Positions 1 to 11,224 of a DNA stretch of 64,000 nt are shown here, piece by piece. This DNA is from Lysobacterales bacterium (lineage in GTDB: Bacteria > Pseudomonadota > Gammaproteobacteria > Xanthomonadales > Xanthomonadaceae). The translations under genes were made by a program, and so were the position numbers. Numbering within the stretch: position 1 is the first letter of the stretch; every line of letters starts with the position of its first letter. The DNA lies in NCBI GenBank assembly GCA_031419075.1, contig JANOKD010000069.1, positions 2,313 to 66,312 on the forward strand, written 5' to 3'. A model generated the notes under the pieces. The model saw nothing but the letters and a program-made list of their open reading frames with translations, had not been told where the DNA came from and ran no database searches.

Positions 1-1355
1 CCGAGCGGGTTGCGGTGATTGGTTGGGGGTCGGGGTTGAGCACGCATACCCTGTTGGGCAGCAAGGTGCCGAAAGTTGTCGATACGATCGAAATCGAGGC
101 CTCGATGCACACTGGTGCGGAGGGATTCGGCAACCGGGTGTTGCGCGCTTACATCGATGGGCGCAGTCAGCTGCATGTGGACGACGCACGGACGTTCTTC
201 GCCGCCGGGCAAAAGCGGTACGACGTGATCGTTTCGGAGCCGTCGAACCCGTGGGTCAGCGGTGTGTCGAGTCTGTTCACACGCCAGTTCTATCAGTTTC
301 TGACCAAACATCTGAACCAGGACGGCGTGCTCATCCAGTGGATGCAGACCTACGAATTGAACGACCCGCTGTTCTACACGATGGTGGCGGCGCTGATTGA
401 AGAGTACCCACATGTCGAGGCTTATCTGACCAATACCTCGGATGTGATTTTCGTGGCATCGCATGCCCCGATCCGCGATTTCGATGTATCGCAGCTGCAG
501 GATCCGGGCCTGCTTGCGGATCTCAAGCGTTTGGGGCTGGAGACGGCTTCCGATCATGAAGTCAGGCGCTTCGCCAACCGCGAGGTGCTGGCGGGTCTGG
601 TGGAACTGTACGGCGCGCCTGTACATACGGATTTCCATCCCACGGTGGCGCTTGGCGCCCCCAAGGCCCGCTACAAGGTGGAAACGGTCAAGAGCGTGAT
701 GAACCTGATGGGGGTCGGCATGCCGGTGCTCGAATTCACCGGCGGGCGCCAGCCCGTTGCGGTGGGGGCGAACGTGCATGAAGTAGCGGCCAGCATGGGT
801 GCCAAGGATCATGCGAATGCGCGGCGGGTTCGCGAGCGTCTGCTTGGCATCGGTTCGGCGAAAGGGCTTGAGCCGGCGGTGTTGGCGAAACTCGACGCGC
901 TGTTGTCGGCGAAAACAGGCAAAGCTGCATGGTTGGACGCGGCGTCGGTGATCGCCGATTTCAGCATCGGCTATCTGACCCCGACAGATCTGCAGGGCGT
1001 ATGGATTCAGCCTGCATGGGTCGGCGAGAGAGCGAAGGATCCGGAAATCGCAGCGGTGCTGGCCGCTTACGAGGCCACAGCCAAACGCGATGCCGTTGCG
1101 ATGTACGACACCGGCGTGGCAGGCCTGAAAACGGTGCCGGCCGGCGCTCCGCTGTTGGTGCGCGATCATCTGTTGGTGATCGCGATGCTGGGTGCGGTTG
1201 GCCAGGGGAAAGGCGAGTTGGCCGTGGCGCTCGAGCGCGAACAGGGCGCTGCGGTGCGGGTGAGCAACGAGTATTACTGGATCGCGCGCGCTTATATTCC
1301 AGCCTGGCTGCACGCCACCGGGCGCGTGAAAGCTACTCGATCCCCAGCTTCTTGA
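1..1355 (+). CDS. Spermidine-synthase-like SAM-dependent domain protein (C-terminal part, likely fused membrane/spermidine synthase family); 5' end outside window
   Basis: IGWGSGLS glycine-rich SAM motif, DTIEIE, DDART...[21 protein letters not shown] typical of spermidine-synthase-like methyltransferase folds. Confidence 0.7.
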   Translation, partial: ERVAVIGWGSGLSTHTLLGSKVPKVVDTIEIEASMHTGAEGFGNRVLRAYIDGRSQLHVDDARTFFAAGQKRYDVIVSEPSNPWVSGVSSLFTRQFYQFLTKHLNQDGVLIQWMQTYELNDPLFYTMVAALIEEYPHVEAYLTNTSDVIFVASHAPIRDFDVSQLQDPGLLADLKRLGLETASDHEVRRFANREVLAGLVELYGAPVHTDFHPTVALGAPKARYKVETVKSVMNLMGVGMPVLEFTGGRQPVAVGANVHEVAASMGAKDHANARRVRERLLGIGSAKGLEPAVLAKLDALLSAKTGKAAWLDAASVIADFSIGYLTPTDLQGVWIQPAWVGERAKDPEIAAVLAAYEATAKRDAVAMYDTGVAGLKTVPAGAPLLVRDHLLVIAMLGAVGQGKGELAVALEREQGAAVRVSNEYYWIARAYIPAWLHATGRVKATRSPAS

Positions 1356-2769
1356 GTTTGTAGCGCAGCGCGCGGAAGGTAATTCCCAGCGCTGCGGCGG
1401 TTTTTGTCTTGTTGTAGCGGTGTTCCTGCAGCGCCTGCTGAATCGCGTTGCGTTCGATTTCCTCGATGTAAGAGGGCAGGGCGCTGGTGCTGGTGTCGCG
1501 CGGGTTGCCCATGCGCGGATCACCGGCGGCAGCCGCTGGGCTCGCCTGTGGCGGGGGGGTGGACATGCCGCCCAGCAGCGCAGGCGGCGATGCTGCCGCT
1601 GCTGGAGCCGTCGCTGCATGAGGTGCATTGGGCAGGCGCAGGTCGCGGGCGTCGATGAGCTCGCTGTCGGCCATCGCCAGCGCACGCTCAAGGATGTTCT
1701 CCAGTTCGCGGACATTGCCCGGGAACGGGTAGACATCCAGCGCAGCCACCGCGGCCAGCGAAAGACTAGGCGAACGCCGCTTCATGGCGTAGGCCAGCCG
1801 CTTGAGAATGGCTTCAGACAGCAGCGGCAGATCGCCGGCACGTTCGCGCAGCGGCGGCACGTCCAGCTCGATCACATTGATGCGATAAAACAGGTCGTGA
1901 CGGAACTTGCCGTCCGCAACCAGCACGTCGAGGTCTTTGTGGGTCGCGGACAGGATGCGCACGTCGACCGGGATTTCCACATTGGCGCCAACCGGGCGCA
2001 CGGTTTTTTCCTGGATCGCCCGCAGCAGTTTGACCTGCATCGCCAGCGGCAGCTCGGCCACTTCGTCCAGAAACAGAGTGCCGCCGTCGGCAACCTGGAA
2101 CAGACCGGGTTTGTCGGTATGGGCGCCGGTGAAGCTGCCTTTCTTGTGGCCGAAGAACTCGCTTTCCATGAGCTCCGATGGAATCGCGCCGCAGTTGACC
2201 GGAATGAACGGCCCGGCCGCGCGCGAGCCCTGGGCGTGGATGGTGCGTGCGACCAGCTCCTTGCCGGTGCCGGATTCACCGCTGATGTGCACGGGCGCCT
2301 GGCTGCGGGCCACCTTGGCGATCGTGTCGCGCAGCCCGACCATCGCCGAGGATTCGCCCAGCAGCAGCGTCGAGCCCTCGGGATTGGCCTGGCGGCGCGT
2401 GTTGAGATCAAGCGCCTGGCGCACGAGGCCGCGCAGTACGGTGAGATCCACCGGCTTGGTCACGAAGTCGAAAGCGCCGCTTTTCAGGGCTTCGACCGCA
2501 GCTTCGACATTGCCGTAGGCAGTGATGACCGCAACCGGCGTGGTCGGGAAGCGGGTCGCGATTTCGCTGACCAGGTCCAGGCCGGACCCATCGGGCAGGC
2601 GCATATCGGTGAGGCATAGGTCGTAGGCGACCGTGCTGAGCATTTCCCGGGCCACGGCAAGATTCGGCGCGGTATCGGTGCGCAGCCCCATCCGTCCCAG
2701 CGTTACCACCAAAAGTTCTCGGATGTCGTGCTCATCGTCAACGATGAGCGCACTGCGTTGCTCGGTCAT
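1333..2769 (-). CDS. pilR: Sigma-54 dependent response regulator PilR
   Basis: REC domain (LIVDDE...[12 protein letters not shown]), GESGTGKE Walker A, GSFTGA (GAFTGA-like) loop, Fis-type HTH; adjacent to pilS; start taken at MTEQRS (2769). Confidence 0.9.
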   Translation of the reverse strand: MTEQRSALIVDDEHDIRELLVVTLGRMGLRTDTAPNLAVAREMLSTVAYDLCLTDMRLPDGSGLDLVSEIATRFPTTPVAVITAYGNVEAAVEALKSGAFDFVTKPVDLTVLRGLVRQALDLNTRRQANPEGSTLLLGESSAMVGLRDTIAKVARSQAPVHISGESGTGKELVARTIHAQGSRAAGPFIPVNCGAIPSELMESEFFGHKKGSFTGAHTDKPGLFQVADGGTLFLDEVAELPLAMQVKLLRAIQEKTVRPVGANVEIPVDVRILSATHKDLDVLVADGKFRHDLFYRINVIELDVPPLRERAGDLPLLSEAILKRLAYAMKRRSPSLSLAAVAALDVYPFPGNVRELENILERALAMADSELIDARDLRLPNAPHAATAPAAAASPPALLGGMSTPPPQASPAAAAGDPRMGNPRDTSTSALPSYIEEIERNAIQQALQEHRYNKTKTAAALGITFRALRYKLKKLGIE

Positions 2770-2830
2770 ATTGCCCTCCTGCGTCAACTTTAGCCCATTT
2801 ACGGCACTGACGACAGTCGCAGAAGAGGAT

Positions 2831-4450
2831 TCAGGCCGGCAGTAGCGTGTGTTGGCCGGGCATGCTGATCCGGAAACAGCAGCCGCCACCCGGTACGGAG
2901 ACATGGTCGAGCGATGCGCCGTTGGCCCGACACAGCTCGCGGGCGATGTACAGGCCGAGGCCTGTGCCGTGTTCAGATGTGGTGAAGAACGGCCGGAACA
3001 GCTGCGGAATCACCGCTTCTGCGATGCCGGGCCCGCGGTCGATGATGTCGATCACCGGCGCCTCGTCCAGACGATACGTATGCAGGGTGATGCGCGCAGC
3101 TTCGCCCGGCAGATGGCCGTGCCGGCGCGCGTTCTGCACCATCGCGGTCACGATCTGGTGCAGGTGTTTCGGATCGATGAGCGCCGGCACCATCGGCTGC
3201 GAGGCTGCCAGCGTGATGTTGTCGGTTTCATCGGGCACGCTTTGGCGGAATTCTTCGATGAAACTGCGCAAAAACGACACCAGTTCGATGTGCTCGGCAG
3301 TCGCGCGCTCGCGACGTGCGAGGCCCAGCACGCTTTCGACAATGCTGTTGGTGCGCATGCACTGCTGGTGGATGATCTGCACCATCCGACGGTCGCCGTC
3401 GGGCAGGTCGCGCGACTCTTCCAGCAGCTGCGCGGCGTAGCTGATCGCCGCCAGCGGGTTGCGGATCTCGTGGGCGAGACTGGCGGAAAAACGACCCATC
3501 GCCGCCAGCGTCAGTGATTCCGCGCGCCGCGAGACCAGCGACGTGTCGTCGAGAAAGATGAGCGTGTCGCGGCTGTCGACCAGCAGGCGGGCGAAACGCG
3601 GCACCACCTCGAATTGATCGCTGCCCAAGCCCAGCGGCGTATCGTTGCCCAGCCCGTTGCGCAGCCATTCGCTGAGGCGCAGCGCCAGTTCGGGCGCGGC
3701 CTCGGCAAGCTTGCGGGTGCCGGCGGCACCTTCGCCCAGCAGCAGCATCGCCGCTTCGTTCGCCAGCCGGATCTCCGCCTCCCAGTTGACCAGCAGCACG
3801 CCGGTGCGCATCCGGCGGATGATCAATTCGTTGATTTCAGCCAGTCGGATCGCATCTGCGCCGCGGCGTTCGGCCAAGGCCTCGGTGGCGCGCATCTGCA
3901 CGCGCAGTTGATGGGTCAGCGTGGCGATGGCCAGAAAACTGACGGTGAACATCATCAGCTCGGCCATCGGCCGCGGCTGCTGTTGTTCGATCAACAGCGT
4001 CCACAGGTAGGCGACGGCCAGACCCGCCGACGCCAGTGCAGCGACCATCAGCCCCATGCGCAGCGACAGCAGCAGAGATGCCGAGCCGACATTGAACAGC
4101 AGCATCAGCGCGACGCCGGAGGCCGCCGAAGGCACCGCGTGGGCCACCAGGGCCGCCACCACGATATCGATACCCACGCCGACCAGGGTCGGACCGGCCA
4201 GGGTCTTCGCCTTCCGTGCCTGCAGCATCAAAATCAGTGCAATCACGAAGTAAGCGACGGTCACCCCAGCGACCATCCCTTCATGCCCTTTCTGCGGCTC
4301 CACAGTAGCGATCGGGCCGAACACCAGCAGCGCCAACAGACCCGCTTCGAGCACCCGATACAGCGCGAACAGATACAGTTCGCGACGCTGATAATCCTGG
4401 GCCGGCTGGGCGGAGGCAGTGAACAGGCTCAAGCCGGATTTCCATCGCAA
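2831..4450 (-). CDS. pilS: Sensor histidine kinase PilS
   Basis: Multiple N-terminal TM helices, AHEIRNPL H-box, DRGPG and GTGLGLY G-boxes; paired with pilR; start uncertain (TTG near 4450). Confidence 0.85.
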   Translation of the reverse strand: MRWKSGLSLFTASAQPAQDYQRRELYLFALYRVLEAGLLALLVFGPIATVEPQKGHEGMVAGVTVAYFVIALILMLQARKAKTLAGPTLVGVGIDIVVAALVAHAVPSAASGVALMLLFNVGSASLLLSLRMGLMVAALASAGLAVAYLWTLLIEQQQPRPMAELMMFTVSFLAIATLTHQLRVQMRATEALAERRGADAIRLAEINELIIRRMRTGVLLVNWEAEIRLANEAAMLLLGEGAAGTRKLAEAAPELALRLSEWLRNGLGNDTPLGLGSDQFEVVPRFARLLVDSRDTLIFLDDTSLVSRRAESLTLAAMGRFSASLAHEIRNPLAAISYAAQLLEESRDLPDGDRRMVQIIHQQCMRTNSIVESVLGLARRERATAEHIELVSFLRSFIEEFRQSVPDETDNITLAASQPMVPALIDPKHLHQIVTAMVQNARRHGHLPGEAARITLHTYRLDEAPVIDIIDRGPGIAEAVIPQLFRPFFTTSEHGTGLGLYIARELCRANGASLDHVSVPGGGCCFRISMPGQHTLLPA

Positions 4451-4647
4451 CGGGGGAGCAATGAGTATAGGCGGCCCGGATGCCCTGGAGCGCCCGCAGG
4501 CACGCCAGCATCTGCGGCAACGACGCATGGGTTGGCTGCAGCTCCGCGCATCGGCGACAATGACAGCCTGTCCGCAGCTGTCCGGCACCCTCCGGCGGCG
4601 CGGCCCCCGCACCCAGGTGCGGTTCGTCTTCCCCGCATGGAACCCAC

Positions 4648-5814
4648 ATGAATTTCCACGAATATCAGGCGAAGCAGCTGTTTGCCGACTACGGTATTGC
4701 CGTTCCGACCGGGCGCGTCGCGCGCACACCCGAAGAGGCCGTTGACGCGGCCAAGGCGATTGGCGGCGATTTCTGGGTGGTCAAAGCCCAGATTCACGCA
4801 GGCGGTCGTGGCAAGGCCGGTGGCGTCAAGCTCGCCAAGACCTACGACGATGTCCGCGAATACGCCAAGGGCATGCTCGGCAAGGCCATGACCACCTACC
4901 AGACCGCCGGCGTCGCGCTTCCGGTCGACAGCGTGCTGATCACCCAGGCCACCGACATCGCGCAGGAGCTGTATCTGTCGGTGCTGGTCGATCGTTCGAC
5001 CCAGACGGTCACGTTCATCGCTTCGGCAGACGGCGGCGTCGAGATCGAAAAGACTGCGGTCGACAACCCGGACGCCATCAAGTCGCTCAACGTCAACTAC
5101 GTCCAGGGTCTGCAGCCTTATCAGTGCCGCGACATGGGCTTCGCGCTGGGCCTCAACGCCAAACAGGTCGGTCAGCTCACCAAGATCATGCTGGGGCTGT
5201 ACAAACTGTTCAACGAAAAGGATCTGGCGCTGGTTGAGCTTAATCCGCTGGCGATCCTCACCAACGGCGATCTCGCGGTGCTCGACGGCAAGATCAACTC
5301 CGATGACAGCGCGACCTTCCGTCACCCGGAATTGGCCGCGATGCGTGACATCCGTCAGGAAGACGAGACCGAAGTGCTGGCCAGCCAGCACGATCTGAAT
5401 TACGTCACGATGGACGGCAACATCTGCTGCCTGGTCAACGGCGCCGGTCTGGCGATGGCCACGATGGACGTGATCAAACTCAACGGCGGCGAGCCGGCGA
5501 ACTTCCTTGATGTCGGCGGCGGCGCCAACAAGGAGCGCGTCACCGAAGCGTTCAAACTGATCCTGCGCGATCCGGACGTGAAGGCGATCTTCGTCAATAT
5601 CTTTGGCGGCATCGTCCGCTGCGACATGATTGCCGAGGGCATCATCGCCGCGGTGAAGGAAGTCGACGTGAAGGTGCCGGTAATCGTGCGTCTGGAAGGC
5701 ACCAATGTCGAAAAGGGCAAGGAGCTGCTCAAGAATTCCGGCCTTGCGATCATTCCCGCCGATGACATCAACGACGGCGCCAAGAAAGCGGTCGCGTCGG
5801 TCAAGGCTGCCTGA
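4648..5814 (+). CDS. sucC: Succinyl-CoA synthetase beta subunit
   Basis: [46 protein letters not shown] motifs. Confidence 0.97.
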   Translation: MNFHEYQAKQLFADYGIAVPTGRVARTPEEAVDAAKAIGGDFWVVKAQIHAGGRGKAGGVKLAKTYDDVREYAKGMLGKAMTTYQTAGVALPVDSVLITQATDIAQELYLSVLVDRSTQTVTFIASADGGVEIEKTAVDNPDAIKSLNVNYVQGLQPYQCRDMGFALGLNAKQVGQLTKIMLGLYKLFNEKDLALVELNPLAILTNGDLAVLDGKINSDDSATFRHPELAAMRDIRQEDETEVLASQHDLNYVTMDGNICCLVNGAGLAMATMDVIKLNGGEPANFLDVGGGANKERVTEAFKLILRDPDVKAIFVNIFGGIVRCDMIAEGIIAAVKEVDVKVPVIVRLEGTNVEKGKELLKNSGLAIIPADDINDGAKKAVASVKAA

Positions 5815-5840
5815 ATTCAAGAGAACACTTCTTCATGAAT

Positions 5841-5865
5841 CCCCTCCCCCGCATGCGGGGGAAGG
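5841..5865. repeat. Palindromic repeat (CCCCTCCCCCGCATGCGGGGGAAGG), member of CCCTCTCCC...GGGAGAGGG family
   Basis: Imperfect palindrome between sucC and sucD resembling copies at 6861, 6948, 7414, 24971. Confidence 0.65.
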
Positions 5866-5889
5866 AGACAACCCAAGGATTCCAAACCA

Positions 5890-6765
5890 ATGTCCGTTCT
5901 CGTCAACAAACACACCAAAGTCATCGTCCAGGGCTTCACCGGCCAGCAGGGCACCTTCCACGCGCAGCAGATGCTGGAATACGGCACCCAGGTTGTCGGT
6001 GGCGTCACGCCGGGCAAGGGCGGCAGCGAGCACATCGGCCTGCCGGTATTCAACACCGTCGCCGAAGCCGTGAAGACCACCGGCGCCGACGCCTCCGTCA
6101 TCTACGTGCCGCCGCCGTTCGCGGCCGACGCCATTCTGGAAGCAGCCGATGCCGGTATCCGGGTCATCGTGTGCATCACCGAAGGCATTCCGGTGCTGGA
6201 TATGCTGCGGGTGAAAAATACGCTGAAGGGCTATCCCGACACCGTGCTGATCGGCCCGAACTGCCCCGGCGTCATCACTCCGGGCGAATGCAAAATCGGC
6301 ATCATGCCGGGCCACATCCACATGCCGGGCATGATCGGCATCGTCTCGCGCTCCGGCACGCTGACCTACGAAGCCGTGAAGCAGACCACCGACGCCGGCC
6401 TCGGTCAGAGCACCTGCATAGGCATCGGCGGCGACCCGATCAACGGCACCAACTTCATCGACGCGCTGAAATTGTTTCAGAACGACCCGCAGACCCAAGG
6501 CATCATCATGGTCGGCGAAATCGGCGGCAGCGCTGAAGAAGAAGCGGCCGAATACATCGCCCAGTACGTCACCAAGCCGGTGGTTGGCTTCATCGCCGGT
6601 GCGTCCGCGCCTGTGGGCAAGCGCATGGGCCACGCTGGCGCGATTGCGTCCGGCGGCAAGGGCACCGCTGAAGGCAAGTTCGCGGCGATGGAGAAGGCCG
6701 GTATCACCACGGTGCGTTCGCCGGGCGATCTGGGTGCCGCGATCGCCAAGCGTTTGGCGATGTAA
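5890..6765 (+). CDS. sucD: Succinyl-CoA synthetase alpha subunit
   Basis: [32 protein letters not shown] phospho-His motif. Confidence 0.97.
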   Translation: MSVLVNKHTKVIVQGFTGQQGTFHAQQMLEYGTQVVGGVTPGKGGSEHIGLPVFNTVAEAVKTTGADASVIYVPPPFAADAILEAADAGIRVIVCITEGIPVLDMLRVKNTLKGYPDTVLIGPNCPGVITPGECKIGIMPGHIHMPGMIGIVSRSGTLTYEAVKQTTDAGLGQSTCIGIGGDPINGTNFIDALKLFQNDPQTQGIIMVGEIGGSAEEEAAEYIAQYVTKPVVGFIAGASAPVGKRMGHAGAIASGGKGTAEGKFAAMEKAGITTVRSPGDLGAAIAKRLAM

Positions 6766-6790
6766 GTTTTGCTGCATAGGTGATGGCTGT

Positions 6791-6817
6791 AAAAAAACCG
6801 CCTTCGGGCGGTTTTTT
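6791..6817. terminator. Bidirectional rho-independent terminator after sucD
   Basis: A7-CCGCC-TTCG-GGCGG-T6. Confidence 0.85.
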
Positions 6818-6848
6818 GTTTGTGCGTTGAAGATTTCCAGCAGAAGCG

Positions 6849-6986
6849 CCCTCCCCCCTGCCCCTCTCCCGCAAGCGGGAGAGGGGTTGTTCTTTTGGTC
6901 TTAGTCTCTGTTTCGATACCGATACCGATGCCGATGCGAAAGATTTTCCCCTCTCCCGCCTGCGGGAGAGGGGCAGGGGTGAGGGC
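6849..6986. repeat. Inverted doublet of CCCCTCTCCCGC-nn-GCGGGAGAGGGG palindromes with hexamer-repeat spacer
   Basis: Palindromes at 6861-6886 and 6948-6973 with mirror-image tails; spacer contains CGATAC/CGATGC repeats. Confidence 0.85.
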
Positions 6987-7057
6987 GCGACGCGGCATTT
7001 CCCTACAGACAGCAGGCTTTCCAACTTCCACGATGCTCCACCAGAAGGAGCAGCATC

Positions 7058-7459
7058 ATGCGGGAAGGTCAGAAAACAGGTTTCGCCAAGCGACTGCGTC
7101 GCGAAATGACCGACGCTGAGCGACTGCTGTGGCATTACCTCCGGAATCGTTCAACAGATGGCCGGAAATTCCGGCGCCAGTGCCCGCTCGGTGCATATAT
7201 CGTGGATTTCGTGTGCACCGAAGCAAGACTTGTGGTCGAGGTGGATGGTGGTCAGCATGTCGGTTCACAGTACGATGCGATTAGAACGGCCTACTTCGAA
7301 TCTGTCGGATTTCGCGTGGTGAGATTCTGGAATACCGATGTGCTGATCGATACGGAGGCTGTACTCTCCGTTGTCTATAACGAGTTGACCGCCCTAGATA
7401 TCCATCGCCCCAACCCCTCGCCCGCAGACGGGAGCGGGGCTAAAAGTGAACTCCCATGA
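7058..7459 (+). CDS. DUF559 / Vsr-like (PD-(D/E)XK) endonuclease
   Basis: LRREMTDAERLLW, FRRQ, YIVDF, VEVDGGQH, RFWN motifs; stop overlaps nadE start (ATGA). Confidence 0.88.
   Translation: MREGQKTGFAKRLRREMTDAERLLWHYLRNRSTDGRKFRRQCPLGAYIVDFVCTEARLVVEVDGGQHVGSQYDAIRTAYFESVGFRVVRFWNTDVLIDTEAVLSVVYNELTALDIHRPNPSPADGSGAKSELP
7406..7440. repeat. Degenerate palindrome of the same family inside the DUF559 3' end
   Basis: CGCCCCAACCCCTCGCCCGCAGACGGGAGCGGGGC, inverted relative to the 6948-6986 copy. Confidence 0.7.
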
Positions 7460-9096
7460 CCACAACGCTTCGCGTCGCCCTCGCACAGTTCGATTTTCCA
7501 GTCGGCGCGGTACACAAGAACGCCGAACGCATCGCGATGATGATTACTGAGGCCCGCGACGAATACGGCGCGGATATCGTGATGTTTCCGGAACTGGCGC
7601 TGTCGGGATATCCGCCCGAAGATCTGCTGCTGCGGCCGAGTTTCCTGCGCGATTGCGCGGCCGCGATCGAGGCCGTTGCCGCTGCGGCGACCGGCGGCAT
7701 CACTGCGGTGGTCGGTTGGCCAGAGGTGGCGGGCAGCGTGGTCTACAACGCCGCCAGCGTGCTGCGCGACGGTGAAGTGCTGCAGACGTATCGCAAGCGC
7801 GAGCTGCCGAACTATGCGGTGTTCGATGAGCGCCGCTATTTCGACGTCGACCCGGATCGCGAAGACTGCGTGTTCGACGTCAAAGGCGTGCCGGTCGGGC
7901 TGATCATCTGCGAAGACCTGTGGTTCGCCGAACCCATCGCCAGCACCGTGCGCAGCGGCGCGCAGCTGGTGCTGGTGCCGAACGCCTCGCCGTTCGAACG
8001 CGACAAGCACGCGCAGCGCGATGCACTGTTGGCGCAGCGCGTGCACGAGTGCGGTGCCGCCATCGCCTATCTCAATGTGGTCGGCGGTCAGGACGCCTTG
8101 GTCTTCGACGGCGCGTCGGTGGTCGCCGACGGTGACGGCGTGGTGCATCCGGCCGCGGCTGCGTTCACCGACCAGTGGCTGGTGGTCGATTACGACGCCG
8201 GCGCGCGCCGTTTCACGCCAGTGCAGTGGGTGGACGACGGCGATGAGAGTCGCGACGCGCTTGCGTGGCGCGCGATCGTGCGCGGTATCCGCGATTATTG
8301 CGGCAAGAATGGTTTTCAGAAGACATGGTTGGGCCTGTCCGGCGGCATCGATTCGTCGATGGTGCTCGCCCTCGCGGTCGACGCGCTGGGTGCGGACAAC
8401 GTCACCGCGGTGCGGATGCCGTCGCGCTACACCGCCGATCTGTCCAACGACCTCGCCGAAGAACAGTGCAAGGCGCTGGGCGTGAAGATGATGACGATCG
8501 CGATCGAAAAGCCTTTTCAGGGCTATCTCGATGCATTGGCCGAAGTCTTTGCCGACCATGCTGTCGACGTGACCGAAGAAAATCTGCAGTCGCGCACCCG
8601 TGGCGCGATGCTGATGGCGCTTGCCAACAAACTCGGTGGGCTGTTGCTGACCACCGGCAACAAAAGCGAGTATGCGGTGGGCTACGCGACCATCTACGGC
8701 GACATGTGCGGCGGCTATGCGCCGATCAAGGATTTGTACAAGACCGAAGTTTTTGCGCTGTCGCGCTGGCGCAACACCGTTGGCGGTGCGCCGGTGATTC
8801 CGCCGGCAGTCATCAGCAGGCCGCCCACCGCCGAGCTGCGCGAGAACCAGAAAGACGAGGATTCGCTGCCGCCGTACGATGTGCTCGATGCGATCCTGCT
8901 GCGTCATGTCGATCAGGAACAGTCGCGCGAAGAGATCGTGCGCGCCGGTTTCGACGCCGCCACCGTCGACCGCGTGCTGCGCTTGGTGCGGATCAGCGAG
9001 TGGAAACGGCATCAGTCCGCGCCGGGGCCGAAAGTCTCGCGCCGCGCCTTCGGCCGCGAGCGGCGGTATCCGATCACCAGCGGCTATTCGGCATAG
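7456..9096 (+). CDS. nadE: Glutamine-dependent NAD+ synthetase
   Basis: Nitrilase-like domain (FPEL, KRELPNY, ICEDLW) plus LSGGIDSS, ENLQSR, TGNKSE synthetase motifs. Confidence 0.96.
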   Translation: MTTTLRVALAQFDFPVGAVHKNAERIAMMITEARDEYGADIVMFPELALSGYPPEDLLLRPSFLRDCAAAIEAVAAAATGGITAVVGWPEVAGSVVYNAASVLRDGEVLQTYRKRELPNYAVFDERRYFDVDPDREDCVFDVKGVPVGLIICEDLWFAEPIASTVRSGAQLVLVPNASPFERDKHAQRDALLAQRVHECGAAIAYLNVVGGQDALVFDGASVVADGDGVVHPAAAAFTDQWLVVDYDAGARRFTPVQWVDDGDESRDALAWRAIVRGIRDYCGKNGFQKTWLGLSGGIDSSMVLALAVDALGADNVTAVRMPSRYTADLSNDLAEEQCKALGVKMMTIAIEKPFQGYLDALAEVFADHAVDVTEENLQSRTRGAMLMALANKLGGLLLTTGNKSEYAVGYATIYGDMCGGYAPIKDLYKTEVFALSRWRNTVGGAPVIPPAVISRPPTAELRENQKDEDSLPPYDVLDAILLRHVDQEQSREEIVRAGFDAATVDRVLRLVRISEWKRHQSAPGPKVSRRAFGRERRYPITSGYSA

Positions 9097-9162
9097 GGTG
9101 CGCCCTGGCGCACCGATCTTCGTTTTACCCGCAAAAAAAACAGTGCGCCAAGGCGCACCCTA
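9094..9162. repeat. Inverted doublet of GTAG-type REP (TAGGGTGCGCCxTGGCGCACC)
   Basis: TAGGGTGCGCCCTGGCGCACCG ... GTGCGCCAAGGCGCACCCTA; same unit at 34103, 34628, 50958, 51003. Confidence 0.85.
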
Positions 9163-9189
9163 TCGTCGGCCCAAGCTCTTTTTGTGGAT

Positions 9190-9217
9190 AAAAAAAGCCG
9201 CCTTTCGGCGGCTTTTT
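9190..9217. terminator. Bidirectional terminator between nadE and bamD
   Basis: A7-GCCGCC-TTTC-GGCGGC-T5. Confidence 0.85.
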
Positions 9218-9240
9218 GTTGGTTGCGGATCCCCGTCAAC

Positions 9241-10119
9241 TCAGTCGTTGTCCAGCGCGGATTTCTCGCTGGCGAGCGGGTTGAGTTTGCGGAAGTTCGA
9301 GGGGTAATCCGGCCAATTGCCTTCGCCCTTCAGCCACGGATGCTGCGGCGCTTTCTGCTGCAGCTGTTGACGCGCGCTGCTGGCAAGAGCGGTGTTGCCC
9401 AGGCGCGTATAGGCTTCGGCCGTGACCGCGATGCCGTCGTTCTCGAACGCGCTCTGCGGATAGGTTTCGCGCATGTATTCCACGCGCTCGATCGCAGCCA
9501 CCCACGCGGTGCGGCGCAGGTAGTACAGCGCGGTCTCGATTTCGTGGCGGGCGAACAGATCGCGCAGTTCGTTCATGCGCGTCACCGCTTCGGCGGCGTA
9601 GCGCGAGTTCGGGTAGCGCTCGGTGACAATCTTGAAGTCGTTGAAAGCCTGCTGCGGCGTGGCGAGGTCCCGACGGCTGGCGTCTAGTTTCCACACCCGC
9701 TGCAGAAACACGGTGTCGCGGCTGGAGTTGACCAGCCCGCGCAGATAATAGAGATACGCCGCGTTGCGGTGGGTCGGATAAGTGCGCAGGAAGCGGTCGA
9801 TGGTCGAGATCGCGTCGTCGTTGGTGCCCATCTTGTACTGCGAATAGGCGGTTTCAATCAGCGCCTGCTCGGTGTAGGGGCCGTACGGGTACTGTGCGAT
9901 GAGACGCTTGAAGGTCAGCGCTGCCGAGTCGTAGTTGCCGTTGCGGATCGAGCGTTGGCCTTTTTCGTACAGCTCGGCCACCGGCACGCCTTCGTTCGCC
10001 TCTTTGTCTTTGAACACGCCCTTCAGGCGGGCGCAGCCGGAGCTGCCAAAGGCGACGATCATGACCAGCAGCAGGGTTGGACGCAGGAAAGCGGAAAGCG
10101 AAAGTCGACGAAGAGGCAT
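9241..10119 (-). CDS. bamD: Outer membrane protein assembly factor BamD
   Basis: Lipobox SSGC, YPYGPYTEQA, YPTHRNAAY, YPNSRYA TPR pattern; divergent from rluD as conserved. Confidence 0.93.
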   Translation of the reverse strand: MPLRRLSLSAFLRPTLLLVMIVAFGSSGCARLKGVFKDKEANEGVPVAELYEKGQRSIRNGNYDSAALTFKRLIAQYPYGPYTEQALIETAYSQYKMGTNDDAISTIDRFLRTYPTHRNAAYLYYLRGLVNSSRDTVFLQRVWKLDASRRDLATPQQAFNDFKIVTERYPNSRYAAEAVTRMNELRDLFARHEIETALYYLRRTAWVAAIERVEYMRETYPQSAFENDGIAVTAEAYTRLGNTALASSARQQLQQKAPQHPWLKGEGNWPDYPSNFRKLNPLASEKSALDND

Positions 10120-10228
10120 GCGGGCTGCTGCAGAGCGGGTGAGCGGGCGATAATACCAGTCTGGGCCAGCCAGCCCCCTTAACCGCGCAGAACCGCAGGG
10201 CTCGCGCGTCCCCGATCAGGAGCCCCGG

Positions 10229-11224
10229 ATGCCCGCAACACCCTCAATGCCCGCCCAGGAAACCGTCGAGCGCACCGCTGTGGTGCCCGATGCAGCGTCC
10301 GGGCGCCGGTTCGACGCGGTGCTGGCGGAGCTGTTCCCCGAGTTCTCGCGCTCGCGTCTGGCCGAATGGATCAAATCCGGCGAAGCCCGGATGGACGGCC
10401 GTCAGGTGCGTCCGCGCGACCCGGTGCGCGGCGGTGAGGCGGTTGCCCTGACGGCGGTGCTGGAGATCCAGACCCGCTCCGAGCCCGAGGACATCGCCCT
10501 CGACGTTCTTTATGAAGATGCCGACGTGTTCGTGTTGAACAAGCCGGCCGGGCTGGTGGTGCATCCGGGCGCCGGAAACCCGGCCGGCACGCTGGTCAAC
10601 GCGCTGCTGCACCGCGATGCCAGCCTGGCCACGCTGCCGCGGGCCGGCATCGTCCACCGTCTCGACAAGGACACCTCCGGAGTGATGGTGGTGGCGCGGA
10701 CCCTGCCGGCGCACACCGCGCTGGTGGCGCAGCTGTCGGCGCGTGAAGTGCATCGTCAATATCTCGCGGTGGTGGTCGGCTCGCTGGTGTCGGGCGGCAC
10801 GGTGAATGCGCCGATCGACCGACACCCGCGCGACCGCCTGCGTCAGGCGGTGCGCGAGGACGGGCGTGAAGCCGTCACCCATTACCGGCTGCGCGAACGC
10901 TTCCGCGCCCACACCCTGTTGGAATGCCGTCTCGAAACCGGCCGCACCCACCAGATCCGTGTGCATATGACGCATATCAAGCACCCGATCATCGGCGATC
11001 CCCTGTACGGCGGCGCGCTGAAATTGCCCAAAGGCGCCACCACCGAGCTGGTCGCGTCGCTGCGCGCTTTCAAGCGTCAGGCGCTGCACGCCGAGACCCT
11101 CGAGTTCATCCATCCGCTCAGCGGCGAGCCGATCCGCTGCTCCACGCCGATGCCGATGGACATGCAGGCGCTGGTCGCCACGCTGCGCGACGACACCCGC
11201 GAGGCCGAGGCGCGCGCGCAGTGA
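10229..11224 (+). CDS. rluD: 23S rRNA pseudouridine synthase RluD
   Basis: S4 domain, [34 protein letters not shown]. Confidence 0.96.
   Translation: MPATPSMPAQETVERTAVVPDAASGRRFDAVLAELFPEFSRSRLAEWIKSGEARMDGRQVRPRDPVRGGEAVALTAVLEIQTRSEPEDIALDVLYEDADVFVLNKPAGLVVHPGAGNPAGTLVNALLHRDASLATLPRAGIVHRLDKDTSGVMVVARTLPAHTALVAQLSAREVHRQYLAVVVGSLVSGGTVNAPIDRHPRDRLRQAVREDGREAVTHYRLRERFRAHTLLECRLETGRTHQIRVHMTHIKHPIIGDPLYGGALKLPKGATTELVASLRAFKRQALHAETLEFIHPLSGEPIRCSTPMPMDMQALVATLRDDTREAEARAQ

Noticed and set aside
1333-1355. 23-bp convergent overlap of the first ORF with pilR
   Set aside because: Short 3'-3' overlaps are common in compact genomes.
5419-5445. SucC motif reads GNICCLVNG instead of the usual GNIG/AC(M/L)VNG
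   Set aside because: A single substitution in an otherwise intact gene; its significance cannot be judged without an alignment and it could be a sequencing error.
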